64,000 nucleotides of DNA, from the NCBI GenBank assembly GCA_051362555.1, contig CM120640.1:59498788-59562787 (forward strand), given 5' to 3'. Made by a program: the position numbers and the translations under genes. Positions 40,813-51,781 of the stretch are shown here, one piece after another (position 1 is the first letter of the stretch; every line of letters begins with the position of its first letter). Origin of the DNA: Lingula anatina. Lineage: Eukaryota > Animalia > Brachiopoda. Below the pieces are notes generated by a model. That model did no database searches, was not told where the DNA came from, and saw only the letters and a list, made by a program, of their open reading frames with translations.

Positions 40813-42722
40813 TCGCAAATATTTAGGAGCAAATGACAAACTTTTACGCAGTCACATTTTTGCTTTTATTTTTTTCGTCGCATGATTTATCTGTGTTTTT
40901 TTCTGGCTTACTGGCTGATTCATATGCTTAGAAGCCTGGGGTTTACCCATCCCCCAGAAACACACACACACACACACATTCTCTCTTTTTTCAAACACGT
41001 CAACCATACTAATAAACACAGAAAGCAGAGGAAAAGGAGCCACGACCACCACCACAACCGTTTAAAAATGGCTACTTACGCACCTAAAATTATATAACTA
41101 TAATGTCGTTCTTGTTGAATGTATTTGAAGAATAGATTTGTACCAACGCAATTTTGGGGGGAGTCTCCTGTCATGAGACGAGTGAAAACTGTCCCACTTT
41201 ACACTACAGAAACCGACCTTACAGTCTCAAAATGTCGTTTTACTCATTGGATTAAATATTTTAAACTTTGGTCCTCTTTATGTATCCTGAGTACCTAGAG
41301 GACACTTGAAATATTCACCTCTCTACTACATGTATCAACACGTTGCCGACATTACTAGAAAAGACGGCGACATGCTGATAATTAGGTAAGAGGTGAGTTT
41401 CCGCGGTCCTCTGAGACTCCTGATGTCTTTATGGCTTGTAGTCGACAACTTTTGATCTTAATCGTTAGTTGTGGTGATAATCAATCTGTTTAACATAAAA
41501 TCGATAAATACAAAAATGGTGACCCATAAATAAAAGAATATCGTCCATTTATTCCATTAAATCAAACTAATCTGTTGATATCATTATCACATATTGTTAA
41601 GTAAAAAGGTCAACATGTCATCAATTTTGATTTTTTTTCTGTATGTCCCTCTTATTCTGTATGCTTTGGAGAACAGTACGACGGCGTGGACATGTAACGT
41701 CCTAGTCACACTACATTCGCAAAAGTTAACCCAAAAGGAGATACTGGATTCGCTATTTCTTAATCCATTTTGCCCCATTTAATTTGTTTATATCATTTAT
41801 TTCTTTATTTTTCTGCGTGTGGACGTGCTAGGAAGGGCTACACCATTATCCCGTATCACTTAGGCCCCTACCCCGTGCTGTATTGTTATTAGTAAACCCA
41901 GCACCCCTTCCTGAAACCTTCCCTGTATGTTGACCCCCCTTCCTTTATAATCAAATCCCAGATCGGTTGTTATATGTGTTCTATACACCCCCCGTGGGAT
42001 AGCAACAGATTTTTGCAGACCAACATAGAGTTAAGTTCAGTGTAATCTCTAACAGAAATGCAACACGCTTTTGGTGCATTACCGTTAAAACGAGACAGGA
42101 CAACAGTTATATCGCCATACGAAATGCATCAGTTGAGACAATATTATGAATGTGTCAGCTGTGACTTCTCTAAACACAATCAAGAGTCTGGTCACGTTGA
42201 CATGCATGAGACTGATATAAGGCTCCGTTACACCTAGCTTAAAAGGGTAGGCACATGGGTATCGTTTGTGACATCGATTATACGCACAATCTGAGCCTAT
42301 GAAGTCATCCTATTTTCAAGGTATTGATGAAGACATAAAGAGCGTATGAAAATGCTTTTGAACATTTAAAGAACATTTTGTGACCCTTCGGGTACCACAG
42401 CGTTTGCTTGCGTATTCGAGACGTGTACACTGTACGACGTAAGTCTAACGAAACTTGTCTGATTTACGAAATTAAGATGAAAATCTGCTTTTTAAAAAGT
42501 TTTATTATATCTAAGATATATAGAACACTTTGTCATCAGACTTTGCAATCGCTTTGACATGAAAATGTGTTAGACGCAGATAGCGGTTCAGTAGAAGAAG
42601 AAGATAGGTGGTTATATATTATTTATATGGGCTACTAGATAGACAGAAGTAATAAAGATGCTAATGATATACATATGGTATTATAATATCAGCGCTCCAA
42701 GTTGATCATTACAAAATTATAG

Positions 42723-42861
42723 TTAACAATTATGATTCTTCAGATTGCTGTTGAGGTGGGAAACGGCAAAGGCAATTCGTTGGCTCATCTCGCTTTTGCA
42801 GTTTTCGGCAACAGTGGCCTGGCCAATGCAAGCTAGGAACTGAACTCCATGGTCCACGCGA
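42723..42861 (-). CDS. Paralog B exon 4
   Basis: TTTTTCAG acceptor, phase 2, RVDHGVQFLAC...NHNC*. Confidence 0.9.
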
Positions 42862-43431
42862 CTGAAAAACATAAGTGGTTATAATTATGAATGATTCGAT
42901 GACGTCATCAAATAATTTGACAGGTCTCGTTTTCAGGCAATGATAGTGCCTAATATACATGCACAGATAAACTGCATTGGACACAATGTATCGTTGTTTG
43001 TGGGGAAATGTGAACATACAACTGCAGCAAAGTTTCTACCATATCATAGCAGGTCATCGGCCATACGTAACAAGTTCTAAAAAAATGCAGCCGCTCTTTC
43101 ACTCCGTTTACAACGGACTTGCGACCACTTTGAAGACGATTTTTGGACTATACTCTGTCATCTGAACACGTAGCAGAAACTCTTGCAGTACTCTTGGCTA
43201 TCAATGGCAGATTTATATTTTTATCTCATTGCCAATAAGATAAAGTGAGTTTCGTATTAATTTTTATTTCCGTTTGGCATTAATAAAAGTGACCTTAATG
43301 ATCAAATATCAATCAACCTATATATTGTGTTTGTCAAGTCAATTAATGCATTCATATTCCACGAGATATGGAGGAGATATAAATGGGACTTGCTAGTAAG
43401 TTGGAATTGCTTATTTAGTGTAAAAGCGATA

Positions 43432-43670
43432 AAGCCACGATAGCAGAGAACGACTGAGACTTGTGATACATGTAGTTACCAAATTTTCGTAATCTTGGTA
43501 GTTGCGTTAAGGTCGCAAACAGTGTGTAAAAGGAATTTAAAAGGCACATGCCGATTTGGTGTAAAACTATAGGCGACGAAAGCAGAGAACGGCTAGACTT
43601 GTGAGAGTTACCAAAATTTCGTGATCGTCCCAGTCTAACAAAGGTAGCAATCCGATGTAAACAGGATATT
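43432..43670. repeat. Degenerate tandem duplication (~140-bp period) in paralog B intron 3
   Basis: AGCAGAGAACG.CT.AGACTTGTGA...GTTACCAAA.TTTCGT.ATC appears at ~43442 and ~43581. Confidence 0.7.
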
Positions 43671-43709
43671 TGGAAGTAAGAAAGTCGTTTTTGTATATTT
43701 AGGGCCTAC

Positions 43710-43788
43710 CTTTCACAGGACTCTGATGCCATCTTTCCAATCTTTTTGTAACATGCCGTATACGTCCCTATTATCTGGTCCATGCAGC
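43710..43788 (-). CDS. Paralog B exon 3
   Basis: 79 bp, GCMDQIIGTYTACYKKIGKMASESCE(S); CAG acceptor, AG/GTAGGC donor. Confidence 0.9.
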
Positions 43789-43840
43789 CTGAAGTGAATG
43801 TTTTAATTTTGAATGTAAATAAAATCACAGGTCATTATCA

Positions 43841-44025
43841 CAGGCCATTAGCCAGGGTAGCCAGGGGGGGGGGGGGGGTCGGGGGGTTCGAAAGAACTGC
43901 CCCTTTCGTCAGGAAAAGGTCCATTTTGGGTAAAATTTTATCTAGGTGCACATAAGTTTCTTTGTAAAAGGTCCACTTTTTCAGAAAAAAAAAAAACCCT
44001 TTTGAATTTGCTGGCTACGCGCCTG
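43841..44025. mobile_element. MITE (CAGGCC..TAGCC TIR family), copy 1
   Basis: TIRs CAGGCCATTAGCC / GGCTACGCGCCTG, flanked by TTATCA on both sides; reverse-complement homolog of 48891-49058. Confidence 0.85.
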
Positions 44026-44210
44026 TTATCATAAGTGATATATTTTACTAATATTGATACTGGTCACCTTCCCCCCCCCCCCCCCACACACACACACACA
44101 CACACGCACAAACACATGCACACGCACACACGCGCATTTTCTTGGATTAGAATTGAAATTAAAACAAAAACATCACTACTTGTTTGTACAATTATTTCCC
44201 CCGATTTTAC

Positions 44211-44300
44211 CTTCAGACTTCTTGCTTATCAAATTTTCGGAGTCCATCAGCTCCTCGAGAACACGTGTCAAAAGAGACACCTCATCTGAGACTGGTGATC
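44211..44300 (-). CDS. Paralog B exon 2 (pro region)
   Basis: 90 bp, phase 1-1, SPVSDEVSLLTRVLEELMDSENLISKKSE. Confidence 0.9.
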
Positions 44301-45189
44301 CTGAAATAAGAATGAGGTGTACATTAAAATCTGAGAGAAGCTAATTAATGTCTATTAAATTGCACTGGAAACCTCAACCAAAAGGATTTTATCACGACAT
44401 ACAAGCATGCAGACAGTAGGGCCCATATCCCAGAGTAAAGCACGTCCTTGGCTTCAGGTTTTAAATGTCAAGTTGCAATGTTGCTTTACAACTGTTAGAA
44501 GTGAAGGTAATAAATTTCAGATGGTAACAGAGAGATAATGGTAGGCAGTAATGCAATGCTTAATGGTATTTATGTACAAAACTTTAAAGTGTGCATTCGC
44601 GCCTCGAGTTAAAACATGAATAAAAGGAAAGAATAATCAAAAAGGAAGTGGCCACAGTGTGGCCTTTGTCTGCCAAGATACATGTATGCTGTCTGAAATT
44701 TTCTTCCCTGCTGATTCTAAAATGCTTTTCTATAGATGTTATTGCCTTTAGAGATCACTCAGTGTTTCCTCAACGAACTGATTTAGTGGACCAACTTATC
44801 CTCTTTATATGGATACTAACATTTTACACCTCAACATTGTGTTTTTCACAATGCTGAACACATCTAGTTACTTTCCCCCTCATTATGTAACACTCCCGAG
44901 CTGGCATGAATGGCTGTTTAGATAGCATGTTGAAAGTTCAGGAACTGCAGTGAATAGCAGCTGAAATCAGTGGTGACTATTGGTTTACTTGCATAGTTTG
45001 AATGTTTTTGTTTAGTACGGTTGCACCATGGTGACCAAGAAGTGACACTGCACCCTGCCTCCTAACCCGTTCATCTCTTTCGACACACCTAAAAGGTTGA
45101 GATTATACTGTATACGTCTAGACTTGTAGACGCTATATTATACAACAATGCCACTCATAAGTACAAATGTAAGTACATATACTCATAAC

Positions 45190-45385
45190 AATATAGTATG
45201 TGGCGCAGTAGTAAAAAGAACAAACTCGTCGCACTTCAGGTAACTCTTCATTCTAATGGATATCACTGCATTGTGATTCATCCACATTAATTTTCCCTGT
45301 AGCACTTCCTTCCCTTAAATACAAGTTGTTGGTACCACTTATATGACCCATAGCTCACGTAACTGTGACCATACACAACTTTCAG
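45190..45385 (-). pseudogene. Dead partial duplicate of paralog B exon 1 plus intron 1 start
   Basis: Aligns to ~45940-46195; start codon absent and donor changed (plus strand CCACTTATA vs CCACTTACC). Confidence 0.75.
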
Positions 45386-45988
45386 ACCCCGGTTTACGCT
45401 ATATATATTATAACAAAGCCACCTTGTCTCCCCGTAGTGCTAGACCAATTTCATTTAGCCAGATCGTTTCCATGACTTCACAACCAAACCCAATATGGAG
45501 GTGCAAATGAGGTTACAGGCAACCTCTTAAAATATTTAGTGCACAGATTGCTAACTACGTTTGATAATTTTAGTGTCCCAAATAAAGAAGTTTGTATCAA
45601 AGATTCACCCTCCTGGAACCATGAAAAATAAAAAAAAATTATTCATCGCATAATCCCAAAAAAGAAACATACATGTACGTTACTGTCATAAATGCAAAAC
45701 ATCCAGCTGGGGAAACATTTTACTCACTTTGAAAACTCAATTATCACTAAATTTGTTCTTTAATTTATCAGACAGTACATCGCCTCCTCCGCCCTTATAC
45801 TATACATTATTTCATTATTTGAATCAGTTTCATATAAACAGAATTTTCTTTCAGTTCCCAACCAAGTACTCATTACTTCCTTTAGTCGAAACAGTTTTCA
45901 ATTTTCCACACTTTTTTCATCAGTGTAGTATTATTGGCAGCATAGTATATGGTGCAGTAGTAAAAACAACAAACTCATTTGCACCTTA

Positions 45989-46034
45989 CACGTAACTAAG
46001 ATCTAATATCCGTTTATTAGATCTTAGCACGTAA
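45989..46034. repeat. 32-bp palindrome flanked by 7-bp direct repeat
   Basis: CACGTAA-CTAAGATCTAATA-TCCGTT-TATTAGATCTTAG-CACGTAA; absent from the paralogous segment near 45240. Confidence 0.9.
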
Positions 46035-46159
46035 GTAGCTCATCTTGTAAATGTAAATCGCTGCATTGTGATTCAAGATCAGGGAATATATATATATTCA
46101 CTTACATTAATTTTCCCTGAAGCACTTACTCTAAAATACAAGTTGTTGGCGCCACTTAC

Positions 46160-46211
46160 CTAAAACTGACGTAACTGCGACCACACACAACAAAATCAGG
46201 TATTTTGCCAT
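46160..46211 (-). CDS. Paralog B exon 1 (signal peptide)
   Basis: 52 bp, MAKYLILLCVVAVTSVL(G), donor G/GTAAGT. Confidence 0.9.
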
Positions 46212-46285
46212 TTTCCTTTAAATGTGGTTTCTCAACTGTGCCCTTGGTGCTACTCAGTTTAGAAGGTTAGCTGCAAATACCCGTC

Positions 46286-46321
46286 GTAACTGGTTTAAGA
46301 ATTCGGGCGTTTCCTTTATAT
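46286..46321 (-). promoter_or_regulatory. Candidate TATA box and initiator of paralog B
   Basis: TATAAAG at 46320-46314 with CCAGTT about 30 bp downstream, ~105 bp before ATG. Confidence 0.55.
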
Positions 46322-48697
46322 CATGTATATGGTCCTGCTCTCTATAGAAGGTGATCCTTTCCTTCGTGGGAAGAGGGTGACCATAACAAAGATCGCTTGC
46401 TTTTGGTGATGTAGGGGTGTTCCATAATTGTTGTTAGGCAATGACCTGGAACTTTCTTACGATGACCATCGTCTTATATTGTTAAGGGCTAGGACTCCTT
46501 AACTCAAAATACGTCTGACTAAAATAACAAATGTAAAATGTTATATAATATACACTGCTTTGGTTTGCAAATGATCACGTATCACAGTTTTAATAGTGCT
46601 TTTCAACCAGACACATATCTTACATGACTTATGGCACAAAAAATACAGATTATCGGTAACATTCACCCCGTCAAATCTGATGTTCCACAAAAATTAAATC
46701 AGCAGCCAAAATTTAAACCAATGCTGTGTATTTGACAAAGCACAGTTTTTAAACATGTTGTGACAGAAAACAATGACACCGCGATTGTGTAAATATTCTA
46801 ATTGTCTATGAGTTTCCATATTTGATTCTAAAATATTGTGCCGTAGTGCAGATTCTATGCATTAGACCCAAATGAGATTTTGGTGGAAAAAATGCTACTT
46901 CGCTGGGAGCAAGTTCTACATTTGTACATCGCTGAATAGGTCATTCCTCTTTCCCTCTTTCTGATCTCGTTGCAGAATTAAAAGAAACTGATTGGAAAGT
47001 ATCAGCTTCGTTTGTTCAAGATATGAAAGATTACTTTATTATTTTACCTTTTGCACAAAATCACTTTAATAAAGTTGGATTTTGAATACAAGAAAACTTC
47101 TTTAGCACAGACGTTCCTGTACAGTCTTGCTTATACAGACTTCATTAAAACAATAATTAAAAAAGCACAGTAAAAAAAAATCTTCATTTAGAAATAATTT
47201 TTATCTCCCCTCAGAGCCATACTTATTCTGAAACTCCTCTGATAACTATTTGACCACGACTGTGTGATCATGGGAAATTCGAATAAAGCCACGCCCGGCC
47301 TGGCCCATCTAGAGCAAATCAAACCTCAAAATATGTTAAATACAGTCGATAAATGTGCATCCTGCTATGCATTTTTTAATCTCATTTCAATTCTCAGTTG
47401 GCATAGAGAATGTTAAAGTTAAATCTCCAGATTAAGCACCACTAGCCGAGTTTCTGCATGATGAATGATGAAAATGAGCTCAACGCAAAAATGTGTCAGA
47501 ACTCCCCTCTTACAGGTACAATCGAATGAAAGGAAAATAATTAAGTTCTTTTTTTCTTTTAACAAATCACAAATTTGACTCACAAGTCTACGACATTAAT
47601 TCTGATTTTCTTTATTTTAATACTTCTTTGCATCAACACAACCTTACGTTATAGGGTATCATGGAATTTAATGGTCCCCGAGGCCAACCTCCACTCTGAA
47701 ATAGATGGCACTGATACACAGCGGGTTAAGGGTAGTTTTTAAGGAGTGTACCCACTCCCACTCCTTTTGCCTTTAATCGTTTGTCGCTATTATTTTTCAT
47801 TTTCATTTACTTATTCTATTTATTAATTATTTCATACAGTCATTCTAACCGACACAAGGTAAAACACGTGTAGGCCTACTATCTTCCTTTATCCCTCTGA
47901 AGCCTTCCTTACGTCTCCTCTAGTAAAATCCCGCATTCCTACCCCTTCTTCTTTCTCGTTACAGTAAAATCCCGAACCTTCTGGAAATAAGGATGGCCTG
48001 TTACAGAAATACGTGACTTGATTACTTCATTATAGAACAGGACGACAGTAATGGAAACTACTAGAAATGCGACAGTTGAACCAGTTTTGAATGTCTTCTC
48101 TGAACGCAATCCCCTCACCTCAGCATGCTGACATGCGTGGATTCTTATTCTGGCACAGAGATCGAATTGACGAGGCATTATCGATATTTTCAAACGTTGT
48201 GCATATTTGTTTTTGGTTTATCTAATTTTGTTTCTAAATTTTTCATTTTTCTCTGAAAAACATACTCTAGTGGCAGCACTTCACTTAAAAATTCATTGTA
48301 GGTCAATTTTCATATTTATCAAGCATGTAGGCCTACTATTATTCACTAGCCTACTTATGCATAGCCTATGCATAACCACCTTTCTGTCTTAAAACTTCTG
48401 TTTTTTTTTTAACCAGACTTAGGTTAAGTACCGCAATATTTCAATTTTATAATGAAGTGGTCAATAATGGGGAAGGAACCTTCCAATACACTAAACCTAA
48501 TTATGATCAATATTTATTCATACGAAGTCATACATACACACAATGGACAATAGAAGTGTCACCCCCTGAATCAGAGTAATCAAGTAGGTACATCTTGAGT
48601 AGTTATAATGCCTGGTCTACTTATAATGTGACTAATGAGTATAAAACTGCTGTACCATGGAATTGTATTGTTGGTTTGTGAAATTTGATGTTAATAA

Positions 48698-48865
48698 CAG
48701 TGGCGGATCCAGAGATATTTTCTGACAGTCTTCCAAATTATCTTTGTTGCGCCATCCCCCATTTTTTGACCGTCTTCTGACAGAAAAAAAAGATATCCGT
48801 CAATGTAAACTTGAAAATCTGACCGTCTTCCGGAAGACCCAGAAGACGGCCTAAATCCGCCCCTG
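48698..48865. mobile_element. MITE (CAGTGGCGGAT TIR family)
   Basis: CAGTGGCGGATCCAG / CTAAATCCGCCCCTG termini, AATAA on both flanks. Confidence 0.8.
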
Positions 48866-48890
48866 AATAAAATGATACCAGGAGCATATC

Positions 48891-49058
48891 CAGGCCCGTA
48901 GCCAGCAATTTCAAAAGGGGGGTTCGTTTTTTGAAAAAGTGGACCCTTTTCCATAAAAACTTCATGTACCTAGATCAAATTTTACCCAGAGTGGACCTTT
49001 TCCCAGCAAAAGGGGCGGTTCTTTCGAACCCCCGACCCCCCCCCCGGCTACGGGCCTG
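48891..49058. mobile_element. MITE (CAGGCCCGTAGCC TIR family), copy 2
   Basis: Perfect 13-bp TIR CAGGCCCGTAGCC / GGCTACGGGCCTG, ATATC on both flanks. Confidence 0.88.
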
Positions 49059-49322
49059 ATATCATTTAAACAACTCATAGAAATAAAATATATAATACAA
49101 AGATCAGCAAAAACAAATTGAACTGATAAAAATAAGATAGTACATGCATACAGTGTCAAATGATTTTCGTGTCCTGTAAGTTAACTCCCCTTAAGATTCA
49201 TCCTTTAATACTAGCATAATAAGCTGTTCCAGCCACTGTTCTTAAGCACAATCATAACTGTTACCATCAAGCATGAGATAGAAGCATAAGATACACAATC
49301 TGGTTTGCTTATTATAAATCAT

Positions 49323-49476
49323 CTACCGGCGTAGGCAACCATGGCTTTGCAGATTTCTGTTAAATACATTCATGGAAGCGACCTCTTTTTGGCCCATTTC
49401 AGCTTTGCAGCTCTCAGAAACACTGCCCTTTGCCATATAAATGCAGTGCATGAATTGAACGTAATGGTCAACTCGG
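49323..49476 (-). CDS. Paralog A exon 4
   Basis: TTTCAG acceptor, phase 2, RVDHYVQFMHC...SHGCLRR*. Confidence 0.9.
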
Positions 49477-49738
49477 CTGAAAGAAAAAGCTTTGGCATTA
49501 ACTTGAATTTTTTATTGATTGCAGTTAAATTGTATTTTATTGATTGCACACACAAGCACATTGAATAAATGGATTGCGACAGTATTAGCAGTTATCACAG
49601 TAGTTTTACATATTTATCACAATAACATACATGTATACAGATCGCAGTTACGCGATGAGGCACGTGTGTGGTTTATCCAATTTAGATACATGACTGTCAC
49701 CGATCAAACTGGAGAAAACCTGTAATTTATATACCTAC

Positions 49739-49817
49739 CTGACGCAGTCTGTTGATTTCATCTTAGGGACCTGACGGTAACATCCCGCGTACTTAACTAT
49801 GATCTCATCATTGCAGC
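49739..49817 (-). CDS. Paralog A exon 3
   Basis: 79 bp, GCNDEIIVKYAGCYRQVPKMKSTDCV(S); TAG acceptor, AG/GTAGGT donor. Confidence 0.9.
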
Positions 49818-50057
49818 CTAAACAAATCATTTCAAACATTATTTTAATGTGTCTCCTCATAAGTCATCTCCTCATAAACAGGTTATCAAAATGTCTAAGG
49901 TAAGGGATGTATAATGTTAATTGTATAAATCTTTTTGTAATAAAAGACACGCACCGCTCCTAACATAAGCAAAAAACATAATATTCCAAGCTTACGACTG
50001 ACAACAGTTGTGCTCTGTAGTAGCAAGTAACTTGTCAAATACAACCCATTATTTTAC

Positions 50058-50144
50058 CTGATTTCTTGCTTATTATTTTTTCGGAGTCCATTAGTTCTCT
50101 GAGAAAAAGTTTCAATAGGGACACATCGTCTTCGGTCTGCAATC
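50058..50144 (-). CDS. Paralog A exon 2 (pro region)
   Basis: 87 bp, phase 1-1, LQTEDDVSLLKLFLRELMDSEKIISKKS. Confidence 0.9.
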
Positions 50145-51260
50145 CTGAAATATAAATGTGAACATGTTCTAATGGAACCGAGAAGATCGAGTTACTGTAG
50201 TTTTGAACGAGTCCAACAAAAATCTGAACCACAAACAGTGAGTCATAGATGAACATATGCTACGAACTACAAACTACGAACTACGGGAACCCGAAATAAA
50301 ATAGCGGGTGGAAGTTAATTCTCAAGGAGAAAAAATACAATCTGAGTGTAAGAGTTCATAATACCGAAGTACTACAAAAGAAAAAAAAACCAGACTTGCA
50401 TCATTTCTCTAAAATCAGTGCAGTCTTGAGGGCAGTGGAGGCGGTAAGGGGCACGGACAATAACATGTCCCCCACCATTTTTGAACTACAGCTGTACTAG
50501 TATCTGATCCTAGATGAAAAACTGTAGTTTGTTCAAAGACCCGAGACAATGATTTGCTTGGGCTTATTAGAGCATTAGTTCTTGCTGCCATTGCTCAAGA
50601 CATCAAGATTTTAAAGCACTTCGCCATCACTGTTAGTTGATATAGTATTTGAAAATAGAAAACTAAAAATATTCCAAGTGGTAACAGCCTAATCAAAAAT
50701 ATGTTCAAGGGTTTAGAGGCTGTAATCAGGCTCTGCTGGCTTTCGCAGGTGATCACACATAGAACTCGAAGGTAATCCCAACTCACTCTGGTGATATGAG
50801 CCAATAAGAGGTAATACTGCATTGACCTGCTTTAAGACGTGCGTTTTCCTTCCAACTTCTTTTCTTTCTATTGTGAGCAAAGAATAAATAACGATGCATA
50901 CAGACGAGACTCAATACGATACGCATAGAAGAAAATGTTTGAGTAAGGAGTTGTCCAAATAAAAACAGGTTGTATATTTCATATGAAAAGGAGCTGACAG
51001 CCTAAGGTGGCATTCCTGTAGATGCTGAGTTTTACATTGTCAATAAAAACATATAAGACAGCTTTAGAATGTTTATAATGCTCATTCAAACGTCTACGCG
51101 CTCAAATAATGCTCTTTATTACATGCGTCTTCCCTTAACTTATTATGTTTTTAAAATCTTCCTGTCCTGGTGCTTCGAATGCCGTTTATATAACCAGTCT
51201 CTGATGTCTACTCGGCTTCATGCCCGTTTATTCTGGCTGCGAGTGCCACCCCCTCAACCT

Positions 51261-51261
<1 letters not shown>

Positions 51262-51293
<32 letters not shown>
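51262..51293. repeat. (CA)n microsatellite
   Basis: Direct reading. Confidence 0.95.
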
Positions 51294-51296
<3 letters not shown>

Positions 51297-51623
51297 CCAA
51301 TGTGTATAACCACGATGATTCGCGATGTCTTGGTGACTTTTTCACTTTCATAGTCTCGGCCTTTCTCTGCTTTAGGCGCCTATTCGCGTTTTAACGATTG
51401 AAGTATCAAATAAAATAAAAAATGTCAAATCGCTAACGCCCTGTAATGCTCACAAGTGAAACTACCCTCAAGAGTTAGGCGAACAAATATTACCCCATGC
51501 CAAGGAGATCGTAGAGATCGCTTGGACAATACCTTGCAAGACCGTGCGATTAATGGTCATGAATCAAATATCCAGTCGTATCAATCCTGAAATGACGCAT
51601 CACGATTTGTTTGTGTCACTTAC

Positions 51624-51675
51624 CTAAAGATGCTGAAACTACCAACATACACAGAAAAATCAAATATCTTGCCAT
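51624..51675 (-). CDS. Paralog A exon 1 (signal peptide)
   Basis: 52 bp, MARYLIFLCMLVVSASL(G), donor G/GTAAGT. Confidence 0.9.
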
Positions 51676-51713
51676 ATTTTTCACGATGTGGTCCCAAAAA
51701 TATGCGTGTGTAA

Positions 51714-51781
51714 TTTATATACGGAATAAGGTGTCTATCTGGTGAAGCCTGTTCACTACCCGGTAGGTGCTGCTTTATATA
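51714..51781 (-). promoter_or_regulatory. Two candidate TATA boxes of paralog A
   Basis: TATATAAA at 51721-51714 and 51781-51774; the distal one lies at about the same distance from ATG as the paralog B TATA box. Confidence 0.5.

Larger units (their letters stand above)
42723..46211 (-). other. Gene span: secreted six-cysteine prepropeptide, paralog B (119 aa), family unknown
   Basis: join(46211-46160,44300-44211,43788-43710,42861-42723)=360 nt; MAKYLILLCVVAVTSVLGSPVSDEVSLLTRVLEELMDSENLISKKSEGCMDQIIGTYTACYKKIGKMASESCESRVDHGVQFLACIGQATVAENCKSEMSQRIAFAVSHLNSNLKNHNC*; exon-by-exon homology with paralog A. Confidence 0.9.
49323..51675 (-). other. Gene span: secreted six-cysteine prepropeptide, paralog A (123 aa), family unknown
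   Basis: join(51675-51624,50144-50058,49817-49739,49476-49323)=372 nt; MARYLIFLCMLVVSASLGLQTEDDVSLLKLFLRELMDSEKIISKKSGCNDEIIVKYAGCYRQVPKMKSTDCVSRVDHYVQFMHCIYMAKGSVSESCKAEMGQKEVASMNVFNRNLQSHGCLRR*. Confidence 0.9.

Noticed and set aside
42730-43017. ORF-track peptide with GHCCRKLQKRDEPTNCLCR, superficially toxin-like
   Set aside because: Wrong frame; the phase-2 frame of the same exon is the one conserved with paralog A.
43020-43076. Possible 57-bp phase 2-2 cassette exon in paralog B intron 3 (TCYVWPMTCYDMVETLLQ)
   Set aside because: No counterpart in paralog A and it would break the shared Cys spacing; only RNA-seq could rescue it.
47939-48193. 84-aa ORF with one hydrophobic stretch
   Set aside because: No family motif, no partner exons, no homology to the flanking peptide genes.
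49320-49476. Phase-1 reading of paralog A last exon with in-frame TGA and terminal AGR (possible Sec or amidation)
   Set aside because: Not conserved in paralog B; exon 3 imposes phase 2.
51534-51587. Possible extra exon just after paralog A exon 1
   Set aside because: Intron would be ~36 nt and the frame hits TGA after seven codons.
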